From contig CAWANH010000029.1 in NCBI GenBank assembly GCA_963783375.1, positions 320,001-384,000 on the forward strand: a DNA stretch of 64,000 bases, read 5' to 3'. A program made the translations under genes and the position numbers. Below the pieces are notes generated by a model. It was given only the letters and a program-made list of their open reading frames with translations. It did not search any database and was not told the DNA's origin. The stretch comes from Candidatus Eiseniibacteriota bacterium. GTDB taxonomy: Bacteria; Eisenbacteria; RBG-16-71-46; JABDJR01. Shown one piece after another: positions 9,898 to 19,772 of this stretch; position 1 is the first letter of the stretch; each line of letters begins with the position of its first letter.

Positions 9898-9913
9898 TGG
9901 CTCGGCTCTTGCT
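9898..9913 (+). promoter_or_regulatory. Candidate sigma54 (-24/-12) promoter
   Basis: TGGCTC-GGCTC-TTGCT, GG-N10-GC spacing with canonical TTGCT, upstream of SD GAGGAGGAGG at 9951-9960. Confidence 0.65.
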
Positions 9914-9965
9914 CAAACCTCTGGGAGGACACGAAAAGCACGAACGGACTGAGGAGGAGGGGACC

Positions 9966-12598
9966 ATTCGCACCTGCACCGCCCTGCACCCCGGAATCAA
10001 GGTCTCGACGGCATTGCGCCTTCTGGCCGCGCTCCTCCTTACGGGGGCGTTCTCCGACGTCGCCCGCGCGCAGGTCGTGGACGATCCGCGAGGGCGCGTG
10101 CGCCTGCTCTGGACCGCGCCGGAGCCGGGAGCGGTGTCCGGCCCCGCAGTGAGCTACGCGCTCCGGACCGCCACCACCCCCCCCGGGAGCGATCTCGACG
10201 CGTGGTGGGCCGCCGCCTCCCCTCGCGTCGGCCTTCCCGCTCCCGCCGCTCCGGGAACGCCCCAGAGCTATCAGCTCACCGGCCTTACCCCCGGGGTGAC
10301 GGTGTACGCGGCGCTCAGGGCCGCCGACGCCGGAGGGCTTCTGTCGGGTCCGATCGTGGTGACCTCCTGGACGCCCTCGGAGACCCCGATCCTTCAGGGT
10401 GTTTCGCCGACCCGGGTGAGCGCGGCCGGCCCTCGGGAATTCCTGATCCGCGGGCTGGGTCTCGGCGAGGTGACCGAGGTGACTTTCCGGTCGGAAGGCG
10501 GGGGAGCGGTCTCGGTCACCCCGGTTGGGCTCGATGCCGACGGAGCGCTCCGGGTGGACGCGGATCTCGCCCCCCTGGGAAACGGCCGGGTCACGGTGGA
10601 CGCGCTGGACCCGGAGGTGGCGGATCATCTCTACGGATGGATCGAGGTCGATCTGGGGGCGGTCCTGGATAGCGATCCGCCGGATCCGGTCTCCGACCTC
10701 AGCGCGACCCTGACCGACCTGGGGAGCATCCGACTCGCCTGGACCGCGCCGGCGGATCCCACCCCTTCGGGGCCGGGTTCCGCGGTCCACTACGAGATAC
10801 GGCGCGTCGCCGGCCCGGCGGGTTCATTCAGCTGGGACAGCGGCGCGGTGACCGCGGCCGGGGACCCCGGTGCGGCCGGCTCCCCCAACGTCACCGCGGT
10901 GGGCGGACTCCCCGCGGGATCGACGCAGACCTTTGCGGTACGGACCGCCGACGCGGCGGGAAACCTGTCGCCGCTGTCCAACCTGGCCACCGTCACCCTG
11001 CCCGCGGCGGACACGCTACCGCCCGCTCCGGTGAGCGACCTGAGCGCCGATGTGCTGGGGCCGAAGAGCGTTCGACTCACCTGGACCGCGCCCGCGGACT
11101 CGACCCTGACCGGCACCGCGGCGGTGGCGGTCTACGATCTCCGGCGCCTGGGCGGCGGCCCCGGGGCCTGGTCCTACGCTTCCGGAACCCCGGTGGGGAC
11201 CGATCCTCCCGGGGCTCCCGGCACCCCGCAGTCGCTGCTGGTCGAGGATCTTCCCGCCGGCAGCGCCCAGGCCTTCGCGCTGACCAGCGTGGACCGGGTC
11301 GGGAACACCTCCGCGCTCTCGAACCGGGTCGAGGTGTTGCTCCCGGTTCCGCCGGATAGCACCGCGCCGGCGCCGGTCGCCGATCTCGACGCCGCCCTCC
11401 AACCCGACGGGGGAGCGCTCCTCACCTGGACCGCGCCGGACGACGACCGGGGCGCCTCCTCGGTTTACCTGTTCTACCGGTGGGACGGGGAAGTTTCCGC
11501 GCTCAGCCTCGATGCTGCGACCCCATTGACCGGGGCTCCGACCCCGGCCGAGCCGGGGAGCGCCGAGAGCTGGACCGTCGGGCCGGTGGCGGCGGGGGCC
11601 TCGGCGACCTTCGCCCTCTGCTCGGCGGACGCCGCCGGGAACACCTCGCCCCTCTCCAACCGGGTCACCGTGGACCGGACTGGGGAAGACGTCGTTCCTC
11701 CTGCCGCTCCGGCCGATTTCAGCGCCTCCCCCTTCGGCGGATCCTCGATCCAGCTCCGATGGCTGGCTCCCGGCGACGACGGGATGGCCGGCCGGGCGGA
11801 TCATTACGAGCTCCGACAGGCGGCGAACCCCGATCCCGCCAGCCCGTGGTGGGATGGGGCAACCGGGACGGTGCTCAAGGGGGCGCCGAAGTGGCCGGGC
11901 AAGCAGGAGTTCACCAATCTGAGCGGGCTCGATGGAAAGGTGGCTCAAGGCTTCGCCCTGAGGGCGGTCGACGAGGCCGGGCAGGCATCGCCCTGGGTGG
12001 TGGCCGTCCTCGAGGCTTCCGCCGCCGGCGGCCGGAAGTCGGCCGCGTCGCCCCCCCGCCCCCCGACACCCTGAGCGCCAGCATTGAACCGGGCGGGATC
12101 CGCCTGGCCTGGAGCCCGGTGGCCGCTCCCGAAGCCTACTGCTACCGGGTATATCGCCTGCTCGAGGGCGAGAAGCCGGCCCTGGTGGCTACCGTGGACA
12201 TTTCCGACCGCGCCTGGCTCGACACGGTCGCGGGATCGGGATGCTTGCGCTACGCGGTTTCCACCATGGACGCCGACGGAAACGAATCGCGCCTGGGGGC
12301 GTGGGTGGAGATCGTGGCCTCCCCGCCCGCGCGGGTCACCCCCGACGGCGCGGGCTGGCGGCTCTCCCTTCCCGACATCCCGGCATCCCCGGCAAGCGGG
12401 GTGAGCCCGCGGATGGCGGTGTTCGACGTGCTGGGCCGCCTGGTGGCCGAGATGGAGCCGGTCCGGTCCGGCGCCGCCTGGGAGGCCCGATGGGACGGGC
12501 GGTCGCGAAACGGGGTTCCGGTGGCTTCCGGGATCTTCTTCGCGCGGATCGTCCAGGCGGACCGGATTTCCGTTCGGAAGATCCTGGTCAGCCGGTAG
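9966..12598 (+). CDS. Secreted fibronectin type III repeat protein with FlgD/T9SS-like C-terminal domain; frameshifted near 12051-12064
   Basis: Repeats PP(D/A)PVSDLSA..LxWTAP..D.AGN.S.LSN; first frame stops at 12074; adding one C gives SPPPPPDTLSASIEPGGIRLAWS...VFDVLGRLV...WDGRSRNGVPVASGIFFARI. Start uncertain (ATT 9966 or TTG 10014). Confidence 0.75.
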
Positions 12599-12643
12599 CC
12601 CCCGGTCGCGGGGCGACGGCGCGAGGAGGCGCTCTCCCCGGCT

Positions 12644-13537
12644 GTGGTAGACTCTGCACCTCCGTCCGGGGCGCAGGGAACGTCAACCGGGAGGCTTGAT
12701 CTGAAGAGCGGCCACTCGCCGTGGATCTGGACCGGGATAGTGACCGTGATCCTGATCGCGGTCTACGCGCCGGTCACCGCAGAGCTCGCGCGTGACTGGA
12801 TCCGCGACCCCAACTACAGTCATGGGTTCCTCATCCCCGTGATCTCGGCTTTCCTGGTCTGGCAGGGCCGGCACAAGCTCGTTGCCGTCCCCGCCCGGCC
12901 TTCCTGGTGGGGGATGGTGGGACTCCTGCTCGCCGCGGCGCTCCTGGTCCTGGGGGCGGCGGGGGCCGAGGTGTTCACCCAGCGGGTGAGCCTCGTTCTC
13001 TCCTTGGCGTCGCTCATCCTTCTTCTCGGAGGGTGGCGGCGACTTCGGCTCACCGGGTTTTCCATCGCGTTCCTCCTCTTTGCCATCCCCCTTCCCTACG
13101 TGATCTATTACGACCTCACCGCGCCCATGCAGGCCCTGGCCGCCCACAACGCCATAGCCGGCCTGAACGGGTTGGGCATCCCCGCGGTGGCGGAGGGGAA
13201 CATCATCCACCTGCCGGGGGCGACCCTGGAGGTGGCCGAGGCGTGCAGCGGCATCCGCTCCCTCTACGCCTTTCTCGCCCTCGGGGCCCTGCTCGCCCGC
13301 ACCCTGCCGCTCCCCTGGTGGGGACGGGTCGCGGTGTTTCTCCTCACCATCCCGTTGAGCGTGGTGGGGAACGCGGTCCGGGTGTGGGGAAGCGGCGTGG
13401 CCGCGTATGTGGGGGGACCGTCGACCGCCGAGGGCGTTCCCCATGAGATCATGGGGTTGGTGATCTTCGCCGTGGCTCTCGGGGTGCTGTATCTGATCGG
13501 AAAGGGGGCGCGCAGGTTATGGCCATCCGGACGTTGA
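12644..13537 (+). CDS. xrt: Exosortase (EpsH family)
   Basis: NYSHGFLIP, FAIPLP, EVAEACSGIRS (Cys), NAVRV (Arg), PHEIMG (His); about 8 TMs; followed by EpsI. Confidence 0.95.
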   Translation: MVDSAPPSGAQGTSTGRLDLKSGHSPWIWTGIVTVILIAVYAPVTAELARDWIRDPNYSHGFLIPVISAFLVWQGRHKLVAVPARPSWWGMVGLLLAAALLVLGAAGAEVFTQRVSLVLSLASLILLLGGWRRLRLTGFSIAFLLFAIPLPYVIYYDLTAPMQALAAHNAIAGLNGLGIPAVAEGNIIHLPGATLEVAEACSGIRSLYAFLALGALLARTLPLPWWGRVAVFLLTIPLSVVGNAVRVWGSGVAAYVGGPSTAEGVPHEIMGLVIFAVALGVLYLIGKGARRLWPSGR

Positions 13538-14145
13538 TCGCGGTGCTCATCCTGGCCGCCGCCGGGGCCTACGCGCGCGACCTCGGAGGCCATAGGGTCC
13601 AGGCGCTCACCGTCCCCGACCTGGCTGCGGTCCCCCTGGAGATCGACGGCTGGGTGGGGGAGGACTTCCGGATGTCCGACTCGGTAGCCGAGGTGCTGGG
13701 GGCCGATGCCTACGTGCTCCGGCTTTACCGGGGCCCCGGCGACGCCTCGGTCTGGTTCTTCCTCGCCTATTTCAAGCAACAGCAGGTGGGCTCCCAGATC
13801 CACTCCCCGAGAAACTGTCTCCCGGGAAGCGGATGGACGGTGCTCTCCCTCCGTCACAACCAAGTGGATCTCGGCGGCCGGCCCCAGCCGGTCCAGCGCA
13901 TGCTCATCGAGCGGCACGACGAGAAAGAGGAGATGCTCTACTGGTTCCGGACCCGGAGCGGCACGGTGACCGGGGAGTACGCGCTCAAATGGGACCTGGT
14001 GCGAAACTCCCTCCTCGGCCGCCCCACCGATGCCGCGTTCCTGCGCTTCAACGCGCCGGTGGCGGACGCGGGAGCCATGCGCTCCTTCATGGCCGCGATG
14101 GAAGGACCCGTGGACCGCGTGCTGGGAGGGGCGGGGCTCCGGTGA
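13519..14145 (+). CDS. epsI: EpsI family protein (exosortase companion)
   Basis: PLEIDGWVG, LGADAYVLRLY, IHSPRNCLPGSGW, LYWF, RPTDAAFLR. Confidence 0.92.
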   Translation: MAIRTLIAVLILAAAGAYARDLGGHRVQALTVPDLAAVPLEIDGWVGEDFRMSDSVAEVLGADAYVLRLYRGPGDASVWFFLAYFKQQQVGSQIHSPRNCLPGSGWTVLSLRHNQVDLGGRPQPVQRMLIERHDEKEEMLYWFRTRSGTVTGEYALKWDLVRNSLLGRPTDAAFLRFNAPVADAGAMRSFMAAMEGPVDRVLGGAGLR

Positions 14146-15011
14146 GTCACGCAGCGTTCTCCACCGACGTGGAGGACTACTTCCAGGCCGAGGCCCTGCG
14201 CGCCCACTGCCCCCGAGAGCTCTGGCCCCGGCTCGAGGACCGGACCGTGGCCAACGTGGACCGCGTCCTGGGGATTCTGGATCGGAACGGCGCGAAGGGG
14301 ACCTTCTTCGTGCTGGGCTGGACGGCGGAGCGCCATCCCGGGATGGTGCGGAGGATCGCCGCCCTGGGGCACGAGATCGCCTCCCACGGCTATGCTCACG
14401 AGCTCATCACCCGCCAGGATCCCTCGAGCTTCCGGGAGGACGTGCGGCGAGCCCGGGGGGTGCTCCAGGGTCTGACCGGGCAAGCCGTTCTCGGCTACCG
14501 TGCGCCCTCATACACCGTGGTGGAGCGCACCCGGTGGGCGCTTCCGATCCTCGCCGAAGAGGGGCACGCCTACGACTCGAGCATCTTTCCCATCCGGCGT
14601 CGACGCTACGGGATTCCCGGGGCGCCACGCTGGCCGCACCGCCTGAACCTTCCCGGGGGGAGGACCCTGATCGAGTTTCCGCTTCCCACCGTGAGGTTCC
14701 TGGGGGTCAACGTCCCCGCCACCGGCGGAGCCTATCTGAGGTTGCTCCCGTTCGGGTTCCAGCGGTGGGCGGTGGGGGGGCTGATTCGCCGGAGCCGCCC
14801 CCTGGTGGTCAACGTCCACCCCTGGGAGCTCGATCCCGGCCAGCCCCGCCTCCCGGTGGGGGTCCGGACCCGCCTGACCCACTACACCAACCTGCACCGG
14901 GCGGAGGAGCGGCTGGTCCATCTCCTCTCCCTCGGGCGGTTCCGGTCCCAGGGTGACGTGCTCCAGGGCCTGAACCTCCTTCCGACGTCGGTCGGGGGGA
15001 GCCGGACGTAG
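14142..15011 (+). CDS. Exosortase-system polysaccharide deacetylase (DUF3473-type)
   Basis: STDVEDYFQ, TFFVLGW, HEIASHGYAH, GYRAPSY, YDSSIFP, GGAYLRLLP, HPWELDPGQPR. Confidence 0.92.
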   Translation: MSHAAFSTDVEDYFQAEALRAHCPRELWPRLEDRTVANVDRVLGILDRNGAKGTFFVLGWTAERHPGMVRRIAALGHEIASHGYAHELITRQDPSSFREDVRRARGVLQGLTGQAVLGYRAPSYTVVERTRWALPILAEEGHAYDSSIFPIRRRRYGIPGAPRWPHRLNLPGGRTLIEFPLPTVRFLGVNVPATGGAYLRLLPFGFQRWAVGGLIRRSRPLVVNVHPWELDPGQPRLPVGVRTRLTHYTNLHRAEERLVHLLSLGRFRSQGDVLQGLNLLPTSVGGSRT

Positions 15012-15108
15012 AAATCAGTCAGAATACCTTTCCGACGTCCGATCTTCTTTACGGGTCCTGATGTGATTTTCCAATGACCTGATCGACTGTGTCGGGATTC
15101 CTTCCGGA

Positions 15109-15136
15109 TTGACTTTCACCTGTCGAATGATAGACT
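15109..15136 (+). promoter_or_regulatory. Candidate sigma70 promoter for the 15236-24975 gene run
   Basis: TTGACT-N16-TAGACT with extended -10 TG. Confidence 0.6.
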
Positions 15137-15235
15137 CTTAGGGCCTCAGCAAATGGCAATCCTGCCAACGGAGAAGCCGCGACTGTCGGGAAACGCATCG
15201 GTTCGGGCGGGGAACCGCGGAGGTTCAAGGACGGA

Positions 15236-16066
15236 ATGACAGTTTTCCGATCTCTGGCCATGGCCGGATGGGCCCTGCAGGGAACGCTGCGCCAGGCGGC
15301 CAAACCCTCGATCTGGCTCCCCTTCCTGGTCATCACCCTGTTTCAACTCCTCGGGCTCGAGGCCATCCTGTCCTTCTACCGGCCGGGCCTGTCCGTCGTC
15401 GTTCTTCCCCTGGTCCGGGGAGTGGGAGGGGACGCGGCCACCCACTACCCGACGTTCTTCGCCGCTCTCCCCACGATCTTCGCCCGCTTGGACCTGATCC
15501 TGGGGGTGGTCGTGGCCTCGCTGGCCACCGGCGCGGCAACCGTACTGTTCGCCCGCGCCTTCGGCGAGGTGGCGCCCAGGGCCTGGTCCACCGCAGCCCG
15601 GCGATACCTGCCCCTGGCGGGTATCGCGCTGCTTTCCGCTCTCCTGAGCCTGGTGATCTTCTTGCTCGGCGGGCACTTCATCCAGGAGGTGGTGGCCGAT
15701 CGCCTGCTTCGCTGGCTGGTCCGGTTCGGGGTGATGCTGACCTTCATCGTGGCCGAGAGCTTTCTCATCTACGCCTCGGTGGCCATCGTGCTCGACGGTC
15801 GGGGATTCCTCGGCTCCATCCGCGACTCGGTCCGAATGGCCGCGAAGATCCTCCTCCCCACGATCGTGGTGGTGGGGATCCCGGTCATCCTGGCCTACCC
15901 GCTCGACTACCTGGCCGGACGCTCGGATCTCTTCCTCACCAAGTTTCGTCCCGAACTGGTGACCGGCGTCCTGTTGGCCAAGATCGTCGCGGAGCTGGTC
16001 CTGGGGTTCCTCCTGGTGGGGGCGATCACCCGTCTCTACGTGTGGCGGCGCCGGGAGGGAGCATGA
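15236..16066 (+). CDS. Hypothetical integral membrane protein (about 6 TM)
   Basis: Alternating hydrophobic helices, basic C-terminus, 4-bp overlap with the next gene. Confidence 0.75.
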   Translation: MTVFRSLAMAGWALQGTLRQAAKPSIWLPFLVITLFQLLGLEAILSFYRPGLSVVVLPLVRGVGGDAATHYPTFFAALPTIFARLDLILGVVVASLATGAATVLFARAFGEVAPRAWSTAARRYLPLAGIALLSALLSLVIFLLGGHFIQEVVADRLLRWLVRFGVMLTFIVAESFLIYASVAIVLDGRGFLGSIRDSVRMAAKILLPTIVVVGIPVILAYPLDYLAGRSDLFLTKFRPELVTGVLLAKIVAELVLGFLLVGAITRLYVWRRREGA

Positions 16067-17595
16067 AGCGGACCCTGATCCTCCTCGCCGCGATCCTGGT
16101 GATGGTCTCCGGCTGCGCCCCGGCCTCGGGAATCGGGGAGCGGTTCGAGGCCGAGCGCTCTCTCTGGCGGCTGAACCGCGAGTGGCAGCGGCTCTCCATC
16201 CGCCCGGATCTGGTGGAGGACTCCCAGCGCGTGGCCGTGGCCCGGGAGTACGAGGACCTGGCCGCTCGCCTCGGTTCGACGGCCGCACCCGCCGACACCG
16301 GAGAGGCAGGACGCGCCGCGGCCGGGATCCGTGCCATCGCGGCCAGGGCCGCCCTCACCGCGGGACAGATCCACGAGGGGATGCACGACATCGCCGCCGC
16401 GGACAGCCTTTACGCCGAGGCGGAGACCCGGTTCACCGATCTGCCGCGGATGGCCGCCGAGGGGGCCATGAGCCGCGGATTGCTGGCCGAGCGTCTCAAG
16501 CGTCCCGTCGAGGCCGCGGACCACTACCAGAAGGTGGTGGATCTCCTGGGCCCCGCTCCGGCGTCTGGAGGGTCCGCGATCAATGTGATGGACCTTCCGC
16601 TTCGGATCGCCCGGCTCCGGGCCGCGGCCGCCGGCGATACCAGCGCCGTCTCCCGGGCGCCGTTCTATGCCCGGGCCCGGGCCTGGTACGAGGACGCGCT
16701 GCGCGACCATCCCGGCACCCCGGTGAGCCTCAGGGCGCGATCCCACCTGGTCGACCTGGCCACGGACCTCGGGGATTGGTCGGCCGCCGCCCGGCAGCTC
16801 CGAAGCCTGGAGCGGGAGGGGAAGGCCATGGATCCCCCTCTGGCCGACCCCGGCGAGATCCGCTTTGCCCTGGCGACGGTGGAACGGAACCGCGGCGCCC
16901 CCGATTCCAGCGAGGCGGTCCTCAGATCCCTGGTCCGCGATGCTCCCAAGAGCCGCTATGCCCCGCAGGCGCTTCTCGCCCTGGCCTCCCTGGCCCAGGC
17001 CGGCGGCCGTTCCGAACAAGCCCTCGCCGATCTGGATCGCCTGAGTCGCGACTATCCGGACGCCGAAGACGAGGTGGCGGGCGCCCTTCTGGCCAAGGCC
17101 CGGATCCTGGAACACCTCAACCGCTGGCCGGAGGCGCAGGAGATCCTGAAGGCGCTTCCCGTCGGCCATCCGCTCACCGAGAGCGCCCTCGCCGCCCCCA
17201 AGGCCATCGTCGACCACTATGCCCGGGTGGGGGACGCCGAGGCGCGTGGCCAGGCGTTGGAGCGGGCGGAGGCGGCCTACCGGGCCTTCCTGGAGCGCTA
17301 CCCCACCAACGCTCTCAGCGCGAACGCCGAGGCCGGGCTGGCCGACATTCTGGTCATGGAGAAGCGATACCGCGACGCGGTGGATCGGCTGGCCGGATTG
17401 GCCCGGGACCGGCGCGGGACCCAGGTCGGGGTGAGCGCGCTCCTGCGTGCCGCGGACCTGGCCTACTATCAGCTCGCCGACACCACGCGGGCCATCAGCC
17501 TCCTCGAGCAGGGAGGGAACTGGTACCAGGGGACCGAGTTCGGTCGGCGGATCGCCGACGTGGCCGCCAAGCTTCGCGGAAGGGCCGGGCGGTGA
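16063..17595 (+). CDS. TPR-repeat lipoprotein (in the position expected for PrsT)
   Basis: Lipobox MKRTLILLAAILVMVSGC; Ala-rich TPR-like repeats (YPDAEDEVAGALLAKARI, YPTNALSANAEAGLADI); directly upstream of prsK. Confidence 0.8.
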   Translation: MKRTLILLAAILVMVSGCAPASGIGERFEAERSLWRLNREWQRLSIRPDLVEDSQRVAVAREYEDLAARLGSTAAPADTGEAGRAAAGIRAIAARAALTAGQIHEGMHDIAAADSLYAEAETRFTDLPRMAAEGAMSRGLLAERLKRPVEAADHYQKVVDLLGPAPASGGSAINVMDLPLRIARLRAAAAGDTSAVSRAPFYARARAWYEDALRDHPGTPVSLRARSHLVDLATDLGDWSAAARQLRSLEREGKAMDPPLADPGEIRFALATVERNRGAPDSSEAVLRSLVRDAPKSRYAPQALLALASLAQAGGRSEQALADLDRLSRDYPDAEDEVAGALLAKARILEHLNRWPEAQEILKALPVGHPLTESALAAPKAIVDHYARVGDAEARGQALERAEAAYRAFLERYPTNALSANAEAGLADILVMEKRYRDAVDRLAGLARDRRGTQVGVSALLRAADLAYYQLADTTRAISLLEQGGNWYQGTEFGRRIADVAAKLRGRAGR

Positions 17596-19772
17596 GCCTC
17601 CGCGAGACCGCCCTCCTCACCGGCATGGTGGTGACCGTCATCCCGGTGGCCGCCGCCTACCTTCGCCACCGGTCCGGCCTGGCCTGGGGCGCCACCGTGC
17701 TCGCCGCACTCTCCATGTCCGGCCTCCTGGCGGTCGTGTGGCGGCTCATTCGCCTGGGTCCGGCCACGGACGTCGAGTTCTGGGTGTACCTCCTGGTGGC
17801 GGGGGGCGTGCCGATGCTTCTCTCCGGCTACTTCCTCTCCGCGGTTCTGGGCCGGGAAAGTCCGGCGGAGGCCCTGAAGAGCGTGATCCGGACCTTTGTG
17901 GTCATTCTGGGCGGTGGGGTCCTGGCCCTGGTCTTCCTGCAGCGCGGCGGCTTCGTGGTGGGCTACCAATGGAAGGCGGGGAGCGGGACCGTGCTCCTGG
18001 GTCCCCTGGGCAAGGCCTACCTGAGCTATCTCCTGGTGGGGCTGGTGTTCGTGGGCTACAACCTCGAGAGCACCTACCGGCTGGCCGACGGCGCGGGTCG
18101 GGAACGGCTTCGTCCGGTGGTTCTGGGCCTGTTCGGGGTGCTCGGCTTCTACACCTACGTGCTCACCACCGGGCTTCTCTACTCCGCGGTGGAGATCGAC
18201 AATCTAGTGGCCTCGGCGGTTCCGCTCCTGGTGGCGAGCCTCCTGGTGTCCTACGGATTTCTCAAGGGGAGCCTGGCCGACACCGCCGTTCCCGTCTCCC
18301 GGACGGTGGTCTATTCCTCGTTCACCGCGTTCGCCGCCGCCCTCTACGTTCTGGCCATGGGCATGGCCGCCCAGCTGGCCAGCTTCACCCGCTGGTCGCC
18401 GGGCCAGGTGGTTACCGTCTCCTTCGTGTTCCTGGTGGTGCTGGCCGCCGCCACCATGGTGATCTCGAACCGCGTCCAGCGCTCGGTGCGGCGGTTCATC
18501 GACCGCAACTTCTACGTCAACCGGTACGACTACCGGACCCAGTGGGCCCGGGTCACCCGCACTCTGGAGCCTTCCCAGGGGCCGGAGGGGGTGGCGAGCG
18601 CCGCCGAAGCGATGTTCAAGGACGTGTTCCTGGCCGACCATGTCACGGTGACCCTGCGCGATCGGAACGGCCACGGATTCCGTCCGTTCGTGGGAAAGGG
18701 GAAGGGCGAGGCCGACGCCGTTCTCCTCGAGGACAGTCCGCTCATCCAGCGGCTTCTCGGTGAGCGCCATGCCCTGCTTCTCGAACGCCAGCCCGACGAT
18801 CTCGACTACGTTCCGATCTACGTCGAGAACCGGGAGTGGCTGGAGCACACCGCGAGCCAGGTGGTGGCGCCCCTTCTGGTCGGGCAGGAACTCCGGGGAG
18901 TCGTGGGGCTGGAGCGCAGCCACCCCGATGACCGCTTCAGCTTCGAGGACCTCGACCTCCTGGATTGCATGGCCGCCCAGGTGGGGGCGGTGATGCGGGC
19001 GGTGGAGCTGGCCCAGGAACTGGCCGAGGCGCGGGAGATGGAGCTTCTGTCCCAGTGGAGCAACCTGATTCTCCACGATCTCAAGAACTACCTCTCGCCG
19101 CTCCAGCTCATCGTCCAGAACATGCGGGTGCACATGGGGAATCCCGAGTTCCAGAAGGAGGCGGTGGAGGACCTGGCCGCGGTGGCCGGACAGATGGAGC
19201 GGCTGATCAAGCGCCTCTCCGAGCTTCGGGACGGGGCGCGAATCACCAAGGGGACCGTCGATCTGAACGAGCTGGTCGGCCGCACCATCACCGACCTCCA
19301 GATCTACCGACGCTCCTCCCTCACCGTGAAGATGGAGCTCACCGCGGACGAGCCGGTGCGCGGGGACGCGGGCATGCTCCGCCGGGTGGTGGAGAACCTG
19401 ATCCAGAACGCGGTGGAGGCGATGCATGGGAAGGGCTTCCTCACCGTCCGGACCGAGGTTCGGCCCGATCTCGGAAACGGCGTGCCCAAGGTGACGCTCA
19501 GCGTCACGGATACCGGCCCGGGCATCGAGGAAGCCTTCGTCCGCGACCGGCTGTTCAGACCCTTCGCCTCCACCAAGAAGAAGGGCCTCGGTCTGGGACT
19601 GTACCAGTGCCGGACGATCGTGGAGGCGCACGGCGGGGAGATCTTCGTGGAGAGCCGACTCGGGGAGGGGACGACCTTCCGGGTGGCGCTCATGGCCGCG
19701 CGACGGGTCGAGTCCCGCCGCCTGCTCGGAGCGCCCGGGCGGCCGCAATCCACACCGGGAGTGAGAGCGTGA
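17592..19772 (+). CDS. prsK: PrsK-like membrane sensor histidine kinase (TM-GAF-HisKA-HATPase)
   Basis: Multiple N-terminal TMs, RNFYVNRYDYRTQW, H-box ILHDLKN, NLIQNAVEA, DTGPGI, LFRPFASTK, GLGLGLYQCR. Confidence 0.88.
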   Translation: MSLRETALLTGMVVTVIPVAAAYLRHRSGLAWGATVLAALSMSGLLAVVWRLIRLGPATDVEFWVYLLVAGGVPMLLSGYFLSAVLGRESPAEALKSVIRTFVVILGGGVLALVFLQRGGFVVGYQWKAGSGTVLLGPLGKAYLSYLLVGLVFVGYNLESTYRLADGAGRERLRPVVLGLFGVLGFYTYVLTTGLLYSAVEIDNLVASAVPLLVASLLVSYGFLKGSLADTAVPVSRTVVYSSFTAFAAALYVLAMGMAAQLASFTRWSPGQVVTVSFVFLVVLAAATMVISNRVQRSVRRFIDRNFYVNRYDYRTQWARVTRTLEPSQGPEGVASAAEAMFKDVFLADHVTVTLRDRNGHGFRPFVGKGKGEADAVLLEDSPLIQRLLGERHALLLERQPDDLDYVPIYVENREWLEHTASQVVAPLLVGQELRGVVGLERSHPDDRFSFEDLDLLDCMAAQVGAVMRAVELAQELAEAREMELLSQWSNLILHDLKNYLSPLQLIVQNMRVHMGNPEFQKEAVEDLAAVAGQMERLIKRLSELRDGARITKGTVDLNELVGRTITDLQIYRRSSLTVKMELTADEPVRGDAGMLRRVVENLIQNAVEAMHGKGFLTVRTEVRPDLGNGVPKVTLSVTDTGPGIEEAFVRDRLFRPFASTKKKGLGLGLYQCRTIVEAHGGEIFVESRLGEGTTFRVALMAARRVESRRLLGAPGRPQSTPGVRA

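Noticed and set aside
10670-11800. Repeated DNA (CTGGACCGCGCC and similar) as a CRISPR or repeat array
   Set aside because: Explained by FN3 protein repeats (WTAP); spacing is irregular and no cas genes are present
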